DNA of 64,000 nucleotides from Promethearchaeati archaeon SRVP18_Atabeyarchaeia-1 (GCA_037308085.1 CP147779.1:576001-640000); one strand, 5' to 3'; positions 1 through 10,440 are shown, counted from the stretch's first letter. Program-made: numbers and translations. Notes: a model not told the origin generated them from the sequence alone.

Positions 1-15
1 ATCACACTCTCTTTT

Positions 16-639
16 GTGCTGACAGCTTTGTTGCAGAACGTCTCTGGCTCACTCAACCAGCCGATACTCGGTACACCGCTCGGGACATCGTTTCTGGGGG
101 CTGCAGAAGCAGTTTTCTTGATTCCGCTGTATCTCTATTCGAAGAGATTTGAGGTAAGTCGTCTCCAATTGGGAGTACATGTAGCGAACTGGCGCCAGGG
201 GCTCACTGATGTGGCGTGTGGGTTTCTGTTTGGACTGGCAATGGTTCCCGTCTCAGTTTCACTATCAACATTAAATGAGTTGATACTTGGGCCACAACCT
301 GGAGGAGAGTATATTAGGAGATCCTTTTCTGTGGCTTCACCTCTTGAGCTTGCTCTTCTTCTATCCGTGATCGCCTTTGCCGTGGCGCCCGTAGAAGAAG
401 TCATTTCAAGGGGATTCATCCAGCAAGGCTTCGAGAGAGGCTTCGGGAAGCTCAAAGGCCTCGTTCTAGCATCTTTCTTGTTCTCAGTTATGCATCTTGA
501 TTTCTGGTCGATTTTTCCCTTGCTGATTTTGGGCATGCTCCTCGGCTTTGTTTTTCAGCTTAGGGGCGGGAGGGTTCTAGCACCGATCACTTCCCATGCC
601 GTGTATATGGTATGCTTGGTTATCATTGCTTCAACATGA
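16..639 (+). CDS. CPBP/Abi-family (CAAX-type) intramembrane metalloprotease, probably 5'-truncated by the window edge
   Basis: Hydrophobic protein with the family motifs EExxxRG (EEVISRG), FxxxH (FSVMH) and H (SHAVY). Confidence 0.85.
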   Translation: MLTALLQNVSGSLNQPILGTPLGTSFLGAAEAVFLIPLYLYSKRFEVSRLQLGVHVANWRQGLTDVACGFLFGLAMVPVSVSLSTLNELILGPQPGGEYIRRSFSVASPLELALLLSVIAFAVAPVEEVISRGFIQQGFERGFGKLKGLVLASFLFSVMHLDFWSIFPLLILGMLLGFVFQLRGGRVLAPITSHAVYMVCLVIIAST

Positions 640-947
640 GGAATCGCCAAGAGAGATGTTAGGGCTACCCCATCACCGAAAACTAGCATATTTCTGGGAG
701 GCATGGGGAGGTCTTGAAACCGCCTACAGGGGTAGCCGTACTCCAGTGGGAAGACTTGGGGATAAAAAGACCACTAGCAGAATCGAATAATCGTAGGAGA
801 AAAGGCGAGTGAACGAGACACGCATCGTCTCTGACCGGAGCCGTGGATTACTGTTTCCCCCATGATACTCGTTGTTGGGCTTTTTATATCGCGCCCAAGA
901 AGACGATAGTAGCAGATCCAGATATCAAGTAGTAAGGAGGAAGTAAG

Positions 948-1550
948 TTGTCGGAGGCTCTTTGTGCCTATTCACAGAACAGCGTTCTAAAGATCGTGGT
1001 GGCTGGAGATGGAGGCGTCGGGAAGACTAGCCTAATCAGAAGGTATGTTTCAGATTGCTTCAATCCATCTGAGCACATAACAATTGGCTGTGACTTTCAC
1101 ACCAAAACGATAGAAGCTGAAGTAGGGGGCAAATACAAGTTACAAATATGGGATCTCGGTGGTCAGGAGCAATTTAGGATGCTGCTGCCATTATGGTCAA
1201 AAGGTCTTAGAGGGGCAATCCTGACCTTTGACGTGGGAAGCATAGAGTCGTATCTACACCTTGATGAATGGCTAGCGCTTATACTGAATGGAGAGAGGCA
1301 CAGAAAGTTTCCTATAATCGTTGTTGGAAACAAGAGAGACTTGTCGGATGGCGCGATCAGGGAGAGTGATTTGGAGAGTTATGTTGCTAAGAGGGGGTTG
1401 AACGCTTACTACTTGGTGAGCGCCAAGGATGGCACCAGTGTTGCATCTCCATTCGTAGGTCTTCTCAACCTGATCCTAAGCACCGAAGGCGTGAGTGGTG
1501 GTTCTCAAGATGGAAAGCAGCAGGCATCTGCAGCAGAACTACTTGGATGA
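948..1550 (+). CDS. Rab/Ras-like small GTPase (Asgard-type)
   Basis: G1 GDGGVGKT, G2 TIGCDF, G3 WDLGGQE, G4 NKRD, G5 SAK. GGAGG lies upstream of a TTG start. No C-terminal prenylation cysteine. Confidence 0.92.
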   Translation: MSEALCAYSQNSVLKIVVAGDGGVGKTSLIRRYVSDCFNPSEHITIGCDFHTKTIEAEVGGKYKLQIWDLGGQEQFRMLLPLWSKGLRGAILTFDVGSIESYLHLDEWLALILNGERHRKFPIIVVGNKRDLSDGAIRESDLESYVAKRGLNAYYLVSAKDGTSVASPFVGLLNLILSTEGVSGGSQDGKQQASAAELLG

Positions 1551-2385
1551 GACATTCGATGCCCGAGGCTTCTGCTCCCTCTGCGGGCGTCTCGTCTCAA
1601 GAAGTTTCTCGAAGAGATTTGTCATATCTGAGGAAGAAATATCGCGGATAATGGATCAAGAGAACATACAAATCGAGCCAACTCCTCACGTCCACATATT
1701 CTGGATTGACAGGAATTTCTGCGTTCGAAGAGTCGAGGGAGTAAAGGTGCGGGACGAAGGGCTGAAGACCCAGACCCGAATAGTGGACGAAACCCTCAAC
1801 CCTCACAAGGAGAGTAATGTGGTTCTCCTCGGCGATAATTTCATATCTAGCTTCAACAAGATAGGAGGCTTTCTGATTAGAAATGGGAGTACTGTCATAG
1901 AATCCATGCCAAGAGCCACCGAAAACTCCCTAATAACAAAGTACTCCTCTGATCACGATGTTGCTGTTTCTATCCTGCCATGCAACTCTTCCAGCATTTC
2001 GAATCTCTCGGAATGGGTCAAGACATTCGTGAAGGCAATAGAGAATTCCCAGAAAGACCTAGATTCAAACTCCATTTGGCTAGCACTGAGCTACGGGGAC
2101 ACGAATGCGGAGAGGGTGCCCGTGGCCGTTGACGAGAAGATAATCTCTCTGTTGCTTTCGTCCAGACATCTTGCCGCCACGCTTCGACCTGAAATCAAAT
2201 CTCTGATCTTGAGTTTCTCAGATGAGCTGGGCGTGGAGCTGGACAGCGTAGAGCAATCCTTTAACCTGAAAAACCTATACGACGAGGTCGAGGATATGAT
2301 AAAACGAGTTGGCGTAGGCAAGACTTCAAAGCTGTTCTTCAAGCTCTTCAACAATAGGATGCTCAAGATCGAGCGGCTAGCCTAG
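1510..2385 (+). CDS. Hypothetical protein with N-terminal CxxC...HxH putative Zn-binding module, overlapping the GTPase gene
   Basis: ORF 1495..2385 with an in-frame ATG at 1510. Contains CSLC ... PHVHIFWIDRNF. Confidence 0.65.
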   Translation: MESSRHLQQNYLDETFDARGFCSLCGRLVSRSFSKRFVISEEEISRIMDQENIQIEPTPHVHIFWIDRNFCVRRVEGVKVRDEGLKTQTRIVDETLNPHKESNVVLLGDNFISSFNKIGGFLIRNGSTVIESMPRATENSLITKYSSDHDVAVSILPCNSSSISNLSEWVKTFVKAIENSQKDLDSNSIWLALSYGDTNAERVPVAVDEKIISLLLSSRHLAATLRPEIKSLILSFSDELGVELDSVEQSFNLKNLYDEVEDMIKRVGVGKTSKLFFKLFNNRMLKIERLA

Positions 2386-2584
2386 ATCCAGCAAGTTGAA
2401 GCGCGAGTTCGTTCTCCTTCTTTGTCAATGCTGGGCCGTGGTCGGTATATGGAGTCAGAGATCAGAGATGCCAATATTTATATGCCGCGTTTTCTCTTCT
2501 CAATCCTAGCTCAGCTTCCGTTACGCACGGAGAGAAGAAGCATAGAGAGCTCAAAAGCTACTCTAGAGGAAAAGGTGTCGCGAG

Positions 2585-3544
2585 TTGACGCTTGAGACGC
2601 TAGTAGATTCCGGAAAGCGATTCCTACTTTTCGGTGGCAAGGGGGGAGTTGGCAAAACGAGTTGTGCCGCGGCCACATCAGTATGGGCGGCAAACAGGGG
2701 GTACGACGTGCTTGCAATTAGCACCGACCCAGCCCATAGCCTTGGGGTCATCTTTAACCAGAAGATAGGACCTGAAGTCAAGGCGATCAAGGGAGTCAAG
2801 AACCTATCTGGGCTAGAGATAGATCCAAAAGTAGCGTATGGTCAACTACAGGGCGAGCTCTCGAAAACAGGAAAACAAGATCTCTCATCCCTTGGTATTG
2901 ATTCCATGAGCGATTTAGACGTTGGCGCGCCTCCAGGTGCGGATGAGGCATTGGCATTCGCTAAGGTGTTGGAGTACATCGAGAAACCTGATCACGATCT
3001 CATAGTCTTTGATACAGCCCCGACAGGTCACACTCTCCGCCTGCTGTCATTGCCTGACGTACTAAACAGTTGGCTGGGCAAGATGATCAAGTTGAGGTTC
3101 ACCATGGGCAAAATTTGGGGCGGCCTCAAGAGCCTTGTCGGACGAGGCGCCGAAGAGAAGGATGATAGCATGAAGGCCTTAGAGAGGATGAAGGGGACAG
3201 TCGAGAAGGCTAGGGCTGAACTCAGCAACAAAGATAGGACCAGCTTCGTTCCAGTAATGATACCGGAGGCAATGGCTGTGGAGCAGACTGAGATGCTCCT
3301 GACCGCACTATACGAATTTGAGATACCTGTCTCGCATCTAATTGTAAACATGATCTTTCCAGAGGATGTGTCATGCAAGTTCTGCGAGGCTAGGAAGAAG
3401 ATGCAGGATCGCCACCTAGTCGAGATCCGCCGGTTGTACTCGGATCAGTTTAGGCTCACCGAATTGCCACTTCTCGAGGCGGAGGTGAGAGGACTAGACG
3501 AAATCAAGCACCTGTCAAAGTATCTTTTTGCAGACAAGAGTTAA
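2585..3544 (+). CDS. ArsA/Get3(TRC40)-family ATPase
   Basis: GGKGGVGKT, STDPAHSL, DTAPTGHTLRLL and a C-terminal CKFC (Get3-type CxxC). Single ATPase domain. Confidence 0.93.
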   Translation: MTLETLVDSGKRFLLFGGKGGVGKTSCAAATSVWAANRGYDVLAISTDPAHSLGVIFNQKIGPEVKAIKGVKNLSGLEIDPKVAYGQLQGELSKTGKQDLSSLGIDSMSDLDVGAPPGADEALAFAKVLEYIEKPDHDLIVFDTAPTGHTLRLLSLPDVLNSWLGKMIKLRFTMGKIWGGLKSLVGRGAEEKDDSMKALERMKGTVEKARAELSNKDRTSFVPVMIPEAMAVEQTEMLLTALYEFEIPVSHLIVNMIFPEDVSCKFCEARKKMQDRHLVEIRRLYSDQFRLTELPLLEAEVRGLDEIKHLSKYLFADKS

Positions 3545-3622
3545 GCCCAGGACAACATCCCTACAAAATCGCGAGGATGCCCCTTCAAGACCCGCCCTCA
3601 GAGGGGATGGATTCCTGCCTGC

Positions 3623-5164
3623 TCAGACAAATCCACTTATCATGCGGGTCGACAAGATGAATACCACCAAGAACACGGACGCCGATGAACACAGATAGAC
3701 GGCTGGCTTCTCTATTCCGACGGCTTTTGCAACGTTGAATGTGTTTGTTAGCGTCATTAGTAGGAGAACCATGACTGAGACCATGGCATCGCTGCTCCAG
3801 AGCGACGACGTGAAGAAGCTAAGACTGAACTGTCGCATACCGACCATCATGAATAGCGGCGAGAGAGCCGCGATTAGACCCAGAGCTGCAGAGGAGAATA
3901 CTGAAAGAAGCTTCGCCTTGAATCTCTGGGCTCCCAGAACATTCTCTCTTTCTTCAATCAGAGTCTGGTTCTCTTTTATGTAGGATGCAACGTCTATCAG
4001 CCGCTCGCCTGCCACTTCAGCGGTTCTCTCAATCATGAGAGGCAGAGTACCTAGGACTTGGCGACACTGGGGATTCGAAAAGCTGTTGGCGAATCGCATC
4101 CAAGCTTCGCCGAATGTTTCACCGTCATAGATAATTCTGTATGTCAATTCATTGAGAATTGGGCTGAGCCATCCTCGATATATCTCGCTCGCTCTCTTTA
4201 CGGCTCTCTCAGGGGACACGTTCTCTCTATGTAGCAGCTCTCCCAAAATTGACATCAGAATGATTGTTTCTTGCAGTTCTTCTTTCAGCGTGTGGTTCAG
4301 CAGACCTTTGGCGCGCTGACCGCTGTTCTCCCCGCCAAGGATCTGTACGTTTCTGACAGGTTTCATCAGTCTTCTTTGAAGTACATAGAGAAGGACACTG
4401 AACAGTAGGGCCACGAAGACCATGGAAAGCAGGTTACGCCACAGGTTATTTATGAAAATGGCTATTGAGAAGATGATAGGCCAGAAAGTTCCAAATCCGA
4501 CTATAAGGAGTATTCTCGTCTCTGTCTGCATCGTGTATTTCTCGTATTCGAATTCAGCTTCGCCTCTTCTGCCTTGAAGTACTCTCTTGATTTCGCTCCA
4601 CTCCAGATTGAGAGATATTGCGTCCATTAGGTGCCTCCGGAGTGTCTCACAAGGCTGATAATTCGCATACCTCATGACAAGCTCCTCAGGTCTATCGCCA
4701 TTGTTCACATGTTCGACGATTCTTGAGAAGGCTTTCGAGACGATAGGGTGTTTACCCATTACTACCATTTTGGCCAAGTCAAAAATGGATTCTGACCCAG
4801 CTGAGGCCAATATGATCTCTTGAAGGATGAGGGGGGTCTCATAGGAGATTGTCAGTTTCTCTCTTTCAAGCTCCCTTGGAATCCAGTTTAAGAACCAAGA
4901 AGCAATACTGTAGGCAACTAACAGACCAATTAAGAGACTGAGATAGCCCACTAGATAGAAGAGCAGTGATGCTGAGGCAGCGAAGCTGATGAGGAACACC
5001 AGCGCTGACCCCGCGGCGACATCTTGGGGGATGAGACCGTACCTATGGCAATGTCTCGTTGTGATCGATGTCTTGCCCTTAAGTAGCCTGCCGCCAAGCG
5101 CACGCGCCACTCTGTGGTTCGTCGCTGTTTTGCAGATTTTGACAAAAGTCTTAGGGTTGGTCAA
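3623..5164 (-). CDS. Type II secretion F / TadB-TadC-like membrane platform protein
   Basis: Two repeats of a helical cytoplasmic domain followed by TM segments, as in GspF/TadC proteins. Confidence 0.6.
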   Translation of the reverse strand: MTNPKTFVKICKTATNHRVARALGGRLLKGKTSITTRHCHRYGLIPQDVAAGSALVFLISFAASASLLFYLVGYLSLLIGLLVAYSIASWFLNWIPRELEREKLTISYETPLILQEIILASAGSESIFDLAKMVVMGKHPIVSKAFSRIVEHVNNGDRPEELVMRYANYQPCETLRRHLMDAISLNLEWSEIKRVLQGRRGEAEFEYEKYTMQTETRILLIVGFGTFWPIIFSIAIFINNLWRNLLSMVFVALLFSVLLYVLQRRLMKPVRNVQILGGENSGQRAKGLLNHTLKEELQETIILMSILGELLHRENVSPERAVKRASEIYRGWLSPILNELTYRIIYDGETFGEAWMRFANSFSNPQCRQVLGTLPLMIERTAEVAGERLIDVASYIKENQTLIEERENVLGAQRFKAKLLSVFSSAALGLIAALSPLFMMVGMRQFSLSFFTSSLWSSDAMVSVMVLLLMTLTNTFNVAKAVGIEKPAVYLCSSASVFLVVFILSTRMISGFV

Positions 5165-5325
5165 GACAAGTCCATCTCACTCAGGAGCTCAGTGAATTGA
5201 TGCGAAGGAAGCGCCTCAGTTGCTCTCAATTAGGTATTTTTGCCCGATCGTTATAAACTCCGAGTGACTGGGTATAACCTAGGGAGACTGGATAGGTCTG
5301 ACCGCAATTCTCATCTTATCGAGAG

Positions 5326-6474
5326 ATGATTCATCTCAATATTGAAGATCTGATCACTACACCAGGTGTTGTGCTAGGCTTGCAGGGCGTCGTTCTGGCC
5401 GCTGGGACAGGTACAAGAATTATGCCTCTGACAGAGACAATTCCCAAGGCACTTCTACCCATTGCGAATCGACCCATCCTGGAATATGTGTTGGATTCGC
5501 TGGAACGGGCTGGACTCAAAGAAATAGTTGTTGTTACGGGGCATTTAGGACGAAAGTTAGAGGAATTCTTGAAGGTTTCACTGGACCATGGAGACGCCGA
5601 TGTCAGACCCGTTAATGCTATTGATTATGGAAGAGGACCTATCTTCTCACTACTGGCGGCAGAGAACCATGTCACGGATGACTTTGTTCTGGCACCTGTT
5701 GACTTGATCCTCGCACCTCGAATACTTGCCAGACTCTTGTCAAGTCGTGTCGAAGAGGATACAGCCTACATAGCAGTTCGGGATCGGGATCAGGGAATGG
5801 GGGGAACTCCAGTCACATATTATCAGCCCCCAGCAGATGATCTCGGCTCCGTGGTTGCGTTCGGGCCTTCTGGTGCGCGGCGAGATAGCATGATGAAAGG
5901 CAAGGTCGCTGTGGGCACCTCTGTAGGCGTTACAGTGTGTCCAAGGAAGATATTCGACTATGCACACGCTGCAGCCAGGAATGGCTCAACGAGGGTCGTT
6001 GACGCACTCAACCTCTTCTTCTCCGAAAATGGCAAAGGAAGATGCGTTAAGATTGGCGATGAAGATTACTGTTTCGATGTTGACACTGTTGAAATGGCTC
6101 TTTCTGCTAACAGGTACATCCTTCAAAACTCACTTATAGGAGACAAACCTAGAGGAAAGCTGTTCCCTGACCAACTTGCACTCTGGTCAAGTGACGAATC
6201 TCCCGATTCAAGTCATTCAATCGCAAGGATTATTGGTCCATCAATTATCGGCAGAAGTTGCGAAATAGGAGTCGGAAGTAGTCTAGGACCATTTGTCTCT
6301 GTTCAGGACGACTGCGTCATAGGGACCAACGTGACTTGCACGAATTCAATAATAACCGGCGGGTCAAGGATAAATGCTGGTAGCACGATAAGGGATGCCA
6401 TAACTATAGACCACGAAATCATATCCACCGGAAGCCACAGAGGAACAAACCCACACAGAGATGGGAAAAATTGA
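5326..6474 (+). CDS. Sugar-phosphate nucleotidyltransferase with C-terminal hexapeptide-repeat region
   Basis: LAAGTGTRIMPLT...PKALLPIANRP motif and LbH-like repeats at the C-terminus. Confidence 0.85.
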   Translation: MIHLNIEDLITTPGVVLGLQGVVLAAGTGTRIMPLTETIPKALLPIANRPILEYVLDSLERAGLKEIVVVTGHLGRKLEEFLKVSLDHGDADVRPVNAIDYGRGPIFSLLAAENHVTDDFVLAPVDLILAPRILARLLSSRVEEDTAYIAVRDRDQGMGGTPVTYYQPPADDLGSVVAFGPSGARRDSMMKGKVAVGTSVGVTVCPRKIFDYAHAAARNGSTRVVDALNLFFSENGKGRCVKIGDEDYCFDVDTVEMALSANRYILQNSLIGDKPRGKLFPDQLALWSSDESPDSSHSIARIIGPSIIGRSCEIGVGSSLGPFVSVQDDCVIGTNVTCTNSIITGGSRINAGSTIRDAITIDHEIISTGSHRGTNPHRDGKN

Positions 6475-7163
6475 CTGAGAATAGACTGAGGCTGAGAACG
6501 GTATTTCGACCAGTGATTGATCCCGTAGCATCCCTATTCACGAGGCTGAGACTAACCCCCAACATGGTGACAGCATTTGGCGCGTTACTGGCTACCACAA
6601 CCCCATTCTTGATGGCGAACAGCGAATACCTGCTCTTCGGCATAATGGTTTTTCTTGTCGGGTTTCTGGACGGTGTGGATGGCGCGATTGCACGTATGAC
6701 TGGGACCTCTACCAAATGGGGAGGATTCCTGGACTCGATGCTGGACCGCTATGGCGATTCACTGATTCTACTGTCATACCTCTTCATCCCAGTAGCTGCG
6801 CCACTCGGCGAAACCAAGGTTCTTGCAATTCAATTCAGGATGTGGATCTGCGTCGCGATCATAGGCTCGTTGATGGTCAGCTACACAAGGGCGAAAAGTG
6901 AAGCGATTGGAGTTAGACAGGCGGATGTTGGCATAGCAGCAAGATCCGAGAGGTTATTATTATTGTCAGTGACGGGGATTTTGGGCTGCATTAATGAGTA
7001 TATTGCAGTCTACGGTCTAGTGGCAGTGGCAGCATTGGCCAACTTCACCGCGCTTTACCGAATAGCCCACACTAATGCGATCCTGCGAAGGGAGGAAGAG
7101 AATCTCAAACAGTGTGGAAAGGATGTGCATCCAAAAAGAGGAAATCGTCAGAGGCATTCATGA
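6471..7163 (+). CDS. CDP-alcohol phosphatidyltransferase (archaetidylinositol-phosphate synthase-like)
   Basis: DGxxARxxxxxxxxGxxxDxxxD signature (DGVDGAIAR...WGGFLDSMLDR), plus TPN and SYTRAK motifs. Confidence 0.9.
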   Translation: MTENRLRLRTVFRPVIDPVASLFTRLRLTPNMVTAFGALLATTTPFLMANSEYLLFGIMVFLVGFLDGVDGAIARMTGTSTKWGGFLDSMLDRYGDSLILLSYLFIPVAAPLGETKVLAIQFRMWICVAIIGSLMVSYTRAKSEAIGVRQADVGIAARSERLLLLSVTGILGCINEYIAVYGLVAVAALANFTALYRIAHTNAILRREEENLKQCGKDVHPKRGNRQRHS

Positions 7164-7199
7164 CAATAGGAAACCAGTATATGAAGGAGGGATAGCTAG

Positions 7200-7634
7200 T
7201 TGCCTGCGTTCAGAATAGATTTCTACGTTCAAGCAACATTAGACCACGAAGTGCGGTTTGAGGAAGACTCCAAAAGAATGATGGAGACTCTCAGGAAGAT
7301 TCAGGTCCTGAAGAACATTAAGATGAGTGAAGTGAAGTCGTCTAACGACAAATGGTTCGAGTTCGAGGGAAATATCGATATTCCCCAAGGCTCTAAAGCA
7401 TTTCTCGCACTGCTGAAACGCAAGGATCAAGAAGATCCATACAACATTTTCTTGAGGATCGACGTGAACAAGGAGTCCGATACCCGAGAAAGGGCTGAGA
7501 AGGAGACTAGGGAATGGATTGAGAGCACATTTGGCCAACCCGTAAAGGGTGCAATGGGCATCGCCAAAATCAAGATCGCGACTCCGCTTGAGATCATCAA
7601 GGACAAGAAGGGTAGCCGCAAGTCGGTCGCCTAG
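7200..7634 (+). CDS. Hypothetical protein
   Basis: 144-aa ORF with GGAGG before a TTG start, in an operon-like context. Confidence 0.65.
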   Translation: MPAFRIDFYVQATLDHEVRFEEDSKRMMETLRKIQVLKNIKMSEVKSSNDKWFEFEGNIDIPQGSKAFLALLKRKDQEDPYNIFLRIDVNKESDTRERAEKETREWIESTFGQPVKGAMGIAKIKIATPLEIIKDKKGSRKSVA

Positions 7635-7698
7635 CCAGAGCCGAGTGAACTCGATTACCTGGGATAAGTGTCAACACGAGAAGTAACGTGATAGAATT

Positions 7699-8457
7699 TT
7701 GCCAGAGAAAGCAGGAAGAACTAGGATACTCGTGGGAGTCGAAGGGGTCGAAGAATCAGCAAGGACGAATGACATTATCATAGTTGTGGATGTACTCAGA
7801 GCTAGCAGTACCATAGTCACCGCCCTTGCCAACGGGGCCTTGAGCATTTTGCCGACTCTGACCGTAAAGCAGGCGAGGGCAACAGCGAGGTCGATGCCCG
7901 ACTCAATTCTTGGCGGGGAAAGAAAGGGATTGAGAATACCCAAGTTTGAGCTTGGAAACTCCCCCCTTGAGTATACAACTCAAGCTGTGAAGGGCAGGAA
8001 GATAGTATTTACGACGACCAATTGCACAAGAGTACTCGAAAGGTGCAAGGAGTTGCCTTCGGTTACTAAAGTATATATTGGGGCGTTTCTGAACGCCGCA
8101 GCGATCGCGAAGAAGGTGAGGATGTTACTACAGGAGTCTGAGAGACGAGTAACGATAGTCCAAGCAGGCACTGGAGGAAGATCAAGCTTAGATGATCTGG
8201 TATGCGCCGAATTCATAGAAGAGATCATCGAGGCTAGCGGTGAAGTGAAATTGACGCCAAATCTGGGCGCCATAATTAGCTCAATTTCATACGCAGTTCT
8301 CTCCAATACTAAACACGGAAGATACCTTGCCAGCATAGGGTTCGAGAGCGATGTGAAGTACTGCAGTCAACTAAGCATATTCGATGTGACTCCCAGACTA
8401 CAGAGTGGCGGAGGGATGGCAGCCATAATTGAGGAATCTGCTCAACGCAAAAACTAG
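7699..8457 (+). CDS. comB: 2-phosphosulfolactate phosphatase family protein
   Basis: VVDVLRASSTI, GGERKG...FELGNSP and TTTN motifs. Confidence 0.88.
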   Translation: MPEKAGRTRILVGVEGVEESARTNDIIIVVDVLRASSTIVTALANGALSILPTLTVKQARATARSMPDSILGGERKGLRIPKFELGNSPLEYTTQAVKGRKIVFTTTNCTRVLERCKELPSVTKVYIGAFLNAAAIAKKVRMLLQESERRVTIVQAGTGGRSSLDDLVCAEFIEEIIEASGEVKLTPNLGAIISSISYAVLSNTKHGRYLASIGFESDVKYCSQLSIFDVTPRLQSGGGMAAIIEESAQRKN

Positions 8458-8468
8458 CGGGGCTTTCC

Positions 8469-9146
8469 CTAGGGAAGCCAGATGATTTTCTGCTGGGATT
8501 CTGGTAAGTAGAACCGTCGGAGACCATAATCTTCGGCCAACTTATAGAGAATCAGAAGACCGAGTCTGCCGCCCTCACTGAGATCGACAATAACCTCGTG
8601 AGAGGCCAGTTCGTCTATGATTACCCCTTCGAAGACCCTCTTGAGACCCGCAGAGTCTCTTTCCAGCATGTCTTCTGAGACAAAGACAAATTTGACATTA
8701 CCCGGGACTCCTGAGACCTTCTTTCTAAATTCCTCGCGTGCTACAAAGTAATATCGGATCGGTTTGAGGTCATCCGCCTTGAGGGCGGACTCCACGAAGC
8801 TCACGCTCCTAAACCTTTCCTCCGACCCACCGACACACACCACAGGGGATTTGGTGCCAAAGTACTCGCGGACAGGTTGAAGCCACATCGGGTCAAGTTC
8901 CACCTCTTTTCCGCGCCATTTACCGTGAATCTTTACAAGGCGCGCTTCAAGCAGAACCTGCAGGTTGTAGTAAAGCCTGGCGTTAGAGATTCTGGACCTC
9001 AGCCTTTCTGCGAGAAAACTCCGAAGATCCAATCCAGTTTTGGACCCCCCGGCCAGCGCCTCCAATAGTAATTCCCGCGCCTTCACGCCCCCTATGACAG
9101 TTGAAACGAACCCTCCGCCGTGATTTCTATAACTCATATTAATCAT
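8469..9146 (-). CDS. Winged-helix regulator with C-terminal CARF-like Rossmann domain
   Basis: N-terminal wHTH (LYYNLQVLLEARLV). The C-terminal VIVDLSEGGRLGLLILYKLA...FY resembles the CARF DxTGGxK motif region. Confidence 0.6.
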   Translation of the reverse strand: MINMSYRNHGGGFVSTVIGGVKARELLLEALAGGSKTGLDLRSFLAERLRSRISNARLYYNLQVLLEARLVKIHGKWRGKEVELDPMWLQPVREYFGTKSPVVCVGGSEERFRSVSFVESALKADDLKPIRYYFVAREEFRKKVSGVPGNVKFVFVSEDMLERDSAGLKRVFEGVIIDELASHEVIVDLSEGGRLGLLILYKLAEDYGLRRFYLPESQQKIIWLP

Positions 9147-9258
9147 AAAAGTAATAGCATAATCCAGCTATAAAGGTTTTTATACGCAGATTCACAACAA
9201 GATGGCACCAGACAAAATTGCATTGCGAACTCAGCTATGAGAAAGGTGAACAATCTAG

Positions 9259-10407
9259 ATGTCCGGACTAGGAGAAGAAATCGTTGCAGCTAAGCCTATA
9301 GTCTTAGACAACGGCAGCGGCTTGACTAAGAACGGGTACGCAGGAGAAGACCGCCCTAGAAGCGTGTGGCCAACCATAATTGGCTACCCTAAGTACACAT
9401 CGATAATGACAGATGTAGAGCATTATACGAGGGAGTACTACATCGGCGAAGAAGCCCTCAACCTTAGGGGCGTCCTGCGGCTAGTCTACCCGGTCGAGCA
9501 CGGAATGATACTCGACTGGCAGGCTATGGAAAAGATATGGCACTTCACGTTCTACAACGACCTGAGAGTCAATCCATCCGAACACCCAATACTTCTGACT
9601 GAGCCTCCACTGAACCCACGCAAGAACAGAGAGAAAATGGCAGAGATTATGTTTGAAACATTCAATGTTCCAGCGATGTACGTCTCAATGCAAGCGGTTC
9701 TCAGCTTGTACGCTTCTGGTCGAACTACGGGACTCGTCGTAGACTCTGGAGACGGCGTGACCCACATTGTCCCTATCTACGAAGGTTTCGCACTAACGCA
9801 TGCTATCAACAGGATAGACCTCGGTGGAAGAGACATCACCGAGTACCTACGTAGGTTACTGAGACAGAGAGGGTACAGCCTTGTCTCTTCGGCTGAAAGA
9901 GAAATCGTTAGAGACATCAAGGAGAAGCTATGCTACGTTGCACTAGAGCCCGAGAAAGAAATGAAACTCGCTGAGAAAGTAGCCGAAATGCAGAAGGAAT
10001 ACGTTCTGCCTGACGGAGAGAAAGTCGTAATCGGTGCAGAGCGGTTCCTCGCGCCTGAGGTTTTCTTCAACCCAGGAGTAATAGGAATGGAAGCTACTCC
10101 GCTCGACGAATCTATTGTGGACTCAATCCGGAAATGCGATGTTGATCTAAGAAGAGAACTATACGCCAACATTGTACTGAGTGGCGGCTCGACTATGTTT
10201 CCAGGACTGAAGGAGCGCTTAGAGAAAGAGATTAAGGAGCTAACGCCTGAGGAAGTCGACGTTAAGATCATCGCTCCTCCTGAGCGTCAGTACTCAGTCT
10301 GGATGGGTGGCTCAATTCTGTCAAGCCTCAAGACATTCCAGAAACTCTGGATCACGAACAAGGAATACAAGGAACAGGGAAGCTCGGTGATTCACCGCTG
10401 CTTCTAG
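9259..10407 (+). CDS. Actin (lokiactin/Asgard actin)
   Basis: [57 protein letters not shown] and terminal HRCF. Co-linear with eukaryotic actin. Confidence 0.97.
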   Translation: MSGLGEEIVAAKPIVLDNGSGLTKNGYAGEDRPRSVWPTIIGYPKYTSIMTDVEHYTREYYIGEEALNLRGVLRLVYPVEHGMILDWQAMEKIWHFTFYNDLRVNPSEHPILLTEPPLNPRKNREKMAEIMFETFNVPAMYVSMQAVLSLYASGRTTGLVVDSGDGVTHIVPIYEGFALTHAINRIDLGGRDITEYLRRLLRQRGYSLVSSAEREIVRDIKEKLCYVALEPEKEMKLAEKVAEMQKEYVLPDGEKVVIGAERFLAPEVFFNPGVIGMEATPLDESIVDSIRKCDVDLRRELYANIVLSGGSTMFPGLKERLEKEIKELTPEEVDVKIIAPPERQYSVWMGGSILSSLKTFQKLWITNKEYKEQGSSVIHRCF

Positions 10408-10420
10408 AATCAGTCCCACC

Positions 10421-10440
10421 TCTCTTCTTTTTTTGATTCT
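10421..10440 (+). terminator. Oligo-T archaeal terminator after the actin gene
   Basis: CTCTTCTTTTTTTGATTCT begins about 14 nt after the stop codon. Confidence 0.55.

Noticed and set aside
740-762. ORB-like CTCCAGTGGGAAGACTTGGGG
   Set aside because: Single copy with no replication gene nearby. Likely chance.
7699-8457. comB plus cofE as evidence of methanogenesis
   Set aside because: Both families are widespread in non-methanogens, and no other CoM or mcr genes are in the window.
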